Shown here: in pieces, positions 61,510 to 64,000 of the stretch
Layout: each line of letters opens with the position of its first letter
Numbering within the stretch: position 1 is the stretch's first letter
Origin: an uncultured Atribacterota bacterium
GTDB taxonomy: Bacteria; Atribacterota; Phoenicimicrobiia; Phoenicimicrobiales; Stramentimicrobiaceae
Reading direction: 5' to 3'
NCBI GenBank assembly: GCA_964433555.1
Contig: CAYSRG010000005.1
Span: 10,141 to 74,140, forward strand
DNA length: 64,000 nt
The notes under the pieces: generated by a model
Databases searched by the model: none
Told to the model about the DNA's origin: nothing
Seen by the model: the letters and a program-made list of their open reading frames with translations, nothing else
Made by a program: the position numbers and the translations under genes

Positions 61510-61781
61510 TTATCTTTTGCCCTCCTCTCAAGATATTTAGCAATATACAGAGTAGCAATATATGATAATAAGGCATATACTATTGCCACATCGATATAAA
61601 TAACTTCTTCAAAAGCTGCACCAAATAGAATCATTCCTGCTACAATTAAAGTATTAATGGTATCCATAGCCACAACACGATCAGGTACAGTGGGACCGGA
61701 AATCAAACGAAACAGAGATATTAGAATAAATACTGTTAACAATACTCCTGTAATTAAAAAATAGTTCAACAATTGAGTCAT
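61506..61781 (-). CDS. mbhB: Mbh subunit B: MrpF-like
   Basis: About 91 aa from MTQLL. ATGA overlap with the mbhA stop. The ORF-track start at 61820 is probably too long. Confidence 0.65.
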   Translation of the reverse strand: MTQLLNYFLITGVLLTVFILISLFRLISGPTVPDRVVAMDTINTLIVAGMILFGAAFEEVIYIDVAIVYALLSYIATLYIAKYLERRAKDK

Positions 61782-62287
61782 TCTGCTATCCTCCTCGCCC
61801 ATTCGGGAAAAGTACCGCAAATATCTTCAATAGAAGGTTTCAAATTAGTGACATTAATCCAATGGATATAAAGATCATTATTCTTTTCATCTATATCCAC
61901 ACTTAGTGTTCCAGGAGTAAGGGTAATAGAGTTTGCCAGTAAGGTTATGGCAGCATCGCTCTTTAATTTGGGAGATATTTTTACAATACCTGGGTTGATT
62001 TTACCTGTAATTACGCGGTAAGCAACATCAATATTTGCTTTGGCCATAGCATAAAAAAAGGGGCCGACCAGATAAAACAAAAAAATAACCCATTTTAATG
62101 GGTTTAAAAGGTGGTAACGTTTTTTCTGAAATAATACTCTGGCAGAGATAATAGTTACAATAAGACCAACAATTAGGGCGGCTATTATTTCATTTTGACT
62201 CCATAATCCCAAAACTTCTCCTTGACTGGCAGTTAAAAATAGATAAGCGAAAAAACTCAAAACAAAAGTGATAATAAAACTTATCAT
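61778..62287 (-). CDS. mbhA: Mbh subunit A: MrpE-like
   Basis: 169 aa. LTPGTLSVD motif typical of MnhE. Confidence 0.7.
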   Translation of the reverse strand: MISFIITFVLSFFAYLFLTASQGEVLGLWSQNEIIAALIVGLIVTIISARVLFQKKRYHLLNPLKWVIFLFYLVGPFFYAMAKANIDVAYRVITGKINPGIVKISPKLKSDAAITLLANSITLTPGTLSVDIDEKNNDLYIHWINVTNLKPSIEDICGTFPEWARRIAE

Positions 62288-62727
62288 TACATCACCTCGC
62301 TATAGGTCTGTATTTATTGATTGACTATAATGGGTAAGGTTTACTAAAAAAAATCTTTGATTTATTGTTGTTTTACTATTTCTTATTATCAAAATAGATT
62401 TGTTAAAGAACTTACCAAAATATATCATTCTTACAATTTTATGATTCATTTCTATTTTACAAAACACTGGCAAAAGTATAGCACATTTTTACCGGATGAT
62501 GCAATTTCTTTAGCAAAATTTTTTATTCTCTTTTTCTCTAGATTCCTGTTTATCCTGTACCGCATCTCTCCACTCATTATTTTCTCTTTCTTCTTACTTA
62601 CAGTAAAAATTATGACCTTATCTATCTTAAATCTTTAATAGTAAAACAAAAAAATAAAAAGGGCACCAACGTCCCCTTCATAACTATCATTATAATAAAA
62701 TTTTAATTTCTCTTAAAATAGAATCTA

Positions 62728-62815
62728 TGGTGCCGGGAGGGGGATTTGAACCCCCACAAGCAATATGCCTACCAGCCCCTCAAGCTGGCGCGTCTACCTA
62801 TTCCGCCATCCCGGC
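62728..62815 (-). tRNA. tRNA-Leu (anticodon GAG)
   Basis: 88-nt class-II tRNA on the minus strand. Anticodon loop UUGAGGG, long variable arm, CCA encoded. Confidence 0.8.
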
Positions 62816-63095
62816 AATTAATTAAAAGATGGCATTGTGTATATTGTTTTTAAGCGAAACCATTAGTTTAAAATCATCAATATAAAACTGAGTACTAAAT
62901 ATCTAAAATAGCTTATAGATTTTTTGTGTTTTTACATATTCAATGTAACTTCTGATTTTGTAGTTTTATTCTATCATTACAGTCATGCTTACATTATTTA
63001 TTATCTCACGTTTTATGGTATACGATTTTTACTTAATACGCGATACTCACGACACACGACTATTTTATTTTATACCTCATACGGTATATGTTATA

Positions 63096-64000
63096 CTATA
63101 TTAATTTCACAAGTTTTTTATTTTCTATTTTGCCAGGTATCCGCCCTCTTTTGGCAATTGGCTTTCCTTCAACTTCCTTAATATCAAGAGTCATATCAAT
63201 GGGTGAGGCATCGCTAATGTAACTACCCACTCCAAAGGCATCAACAGCTTCCTTGCTTAATAAAACAATTCTCTCTGGTGTTACTCCTCCTGAAACAAAA
63301 ATCTTAACATGAGCATATCCTGCCTGATCTAATCGTGCTCGTACCTCTTTAACCAAATCAGGGGATACTCCTCCTCTTTCACTTGGAGTGTCAAGACGGA
63401 CACCCAGAAGGTTCTTGCCCAACGCATTAGCAACCCTAATTGATTCTTCAGCCTCATCCTTGAAAGTATCTATCAAAATTACTCTGGGTATATCCGGAGA
63501 AAAACAGTCATGATAAGTTTTTGCTGCTTTCACTGTATCCCCGGTAATTATTATTACAGTATGTGGAATAGTACCTTGAGGTTCTTGCCCCATCAATTTT
63601 GCTCCCAGTACACAACTTGCTCCATCCACTCCTCCAATAAGTGCTGCTCTTTCCATAACAGGAGCAACAGCTGGATGAATATGCCGCGAGCCAAAACAGA
63701 TAATTTTTTTACCATTGGCGACCTCACGGCATTCCCATGCTGCAGTTGCCCAGGCAGAACTACTGGCTAATATCCCTAATATAATTGTTTCATACACTCC
63801 AAATTCATTATAGGGACCCTGGATTCTCATTACTGTCTCTTTGGATTGAAATGAATCTCCTTCTTGTAGTGACCAAAGTTTGATCTTTTTATCTTTGAGC
63901 AAATTATATACTTCCTGTACACCAGCAAAAATTCCTGCTCGCCTGGCAAATATTTCTGCAGTAACCTCTTTATCATCCAGTTTCAAGAAATTAAGGAGCT
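63096..64000 (-). CDS. nicotinate phosphoribosyltransferase-family protein (PncB/NadC-like), N-terminally truncated by the window edge
   Basis: GVRLDTPSERGG resembles the NAPRTase GVRLDSGD motif. The ORF stays open upstream of the TTG at 63986 to the window end. Confidence 0.55.
   Translation of the reverse strand, partial: LLNFLKLDDKEVTAEIFARRAGIFAGVQEVYNLLKDKKIKLWSLQEGDSFQSKETVMRIQGPYNEFGVYETIILGILASSSAWATAAWECREVANGKKIICFGSRHIHPAVAPVMERAALIGGVDGASCVLGAKLMGQEPQGTIPHTVIIITGDTVKAAKTYHDCFSPDIPRVILIDTFKDEAEESIRVANALGKNLLGVRLDTPSERGGVSPDLVKEVRARLDQAGYAHVKIFVSGGVTPERIVLLSKEAVDAFGVGSYISDASPIDMTLDIKEVEGKPIAKRGRIPGKIENKKLVKLI

Noticed and set aside
62357-62638. 93-aa plus-strand ORF upstream of the Mbh operon
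   Set aside because: AT-rich, Phe/Ile/Leu-biased, no RBS. The region is more plausibly the Mbh promoter/leader.

Overview
AT-rich (~30-35% GC) bacterial chromosomal segment, almost entirely transcribed on the minus strand. 

**Left part (1-30.5 kb): housekeeping genes.**
- Outer-membrane biogenesis: lptB, skp/ompH, bamA.
- A TolC-MFP-RND tripartite efflux pump.
- Firmicutes-like synteny: mazG-like, mfd, pfkA, pth, ctc, prs, glmU, tRNA-Gln, spoVG, ksgA; then tRNA-Thr/Val/Glu/Lys, dnaB, rplI, yybS-like, rpsR, rpsF, a DUF951-like gene, an M16 peptidase, mreC, mreB.
- Synteny plus outer-membrane machinery suggests a diderm Firmicute-like organism (inference).

**Right part (32.7-62.3 kb): a large anaerobic formate/hydrogen metabolism island.**
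- AMMECR1 and hypE/D/C/F [NiFe]-hydrogenase maturation genes.
- A mobA-fdhD operon.
- A ~10.5-kb operon: focA, fdhA (Mo/W formate dehydrogenase with a NuoG-like N-terminus), a NuoF/GltD fusion, a NuoE-like gene, a Trx-like ferredoxin, and a five-gene sensory module (GHKL ATPase, PHP, DRTGG, CBS-GHKL, DRTGG).
- This operon is preceded by a Rex box and rex.
- A hydrogenase maturation protease on the plus strand.
- A complete 14-gene Mbh-type (Pyrococcus-like MbhA-N) membrane-bound group-4 [NiFe] hydrogenase with an Mrp antiporter module.

**Other features.**
- tRNA-Leu and a partial nicotinate phosphoribosyltransferase-like gene end the window.
- Two families of short dispersed intergenic repeats (GGGGA-core palindromes and AT-rich TATAGTATA..CGTA units), a candidate sRNA between ksgA and spoVG, and three intrinsic terminators.
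- No CRISPR, transposase, integrase or rRNA was seen.
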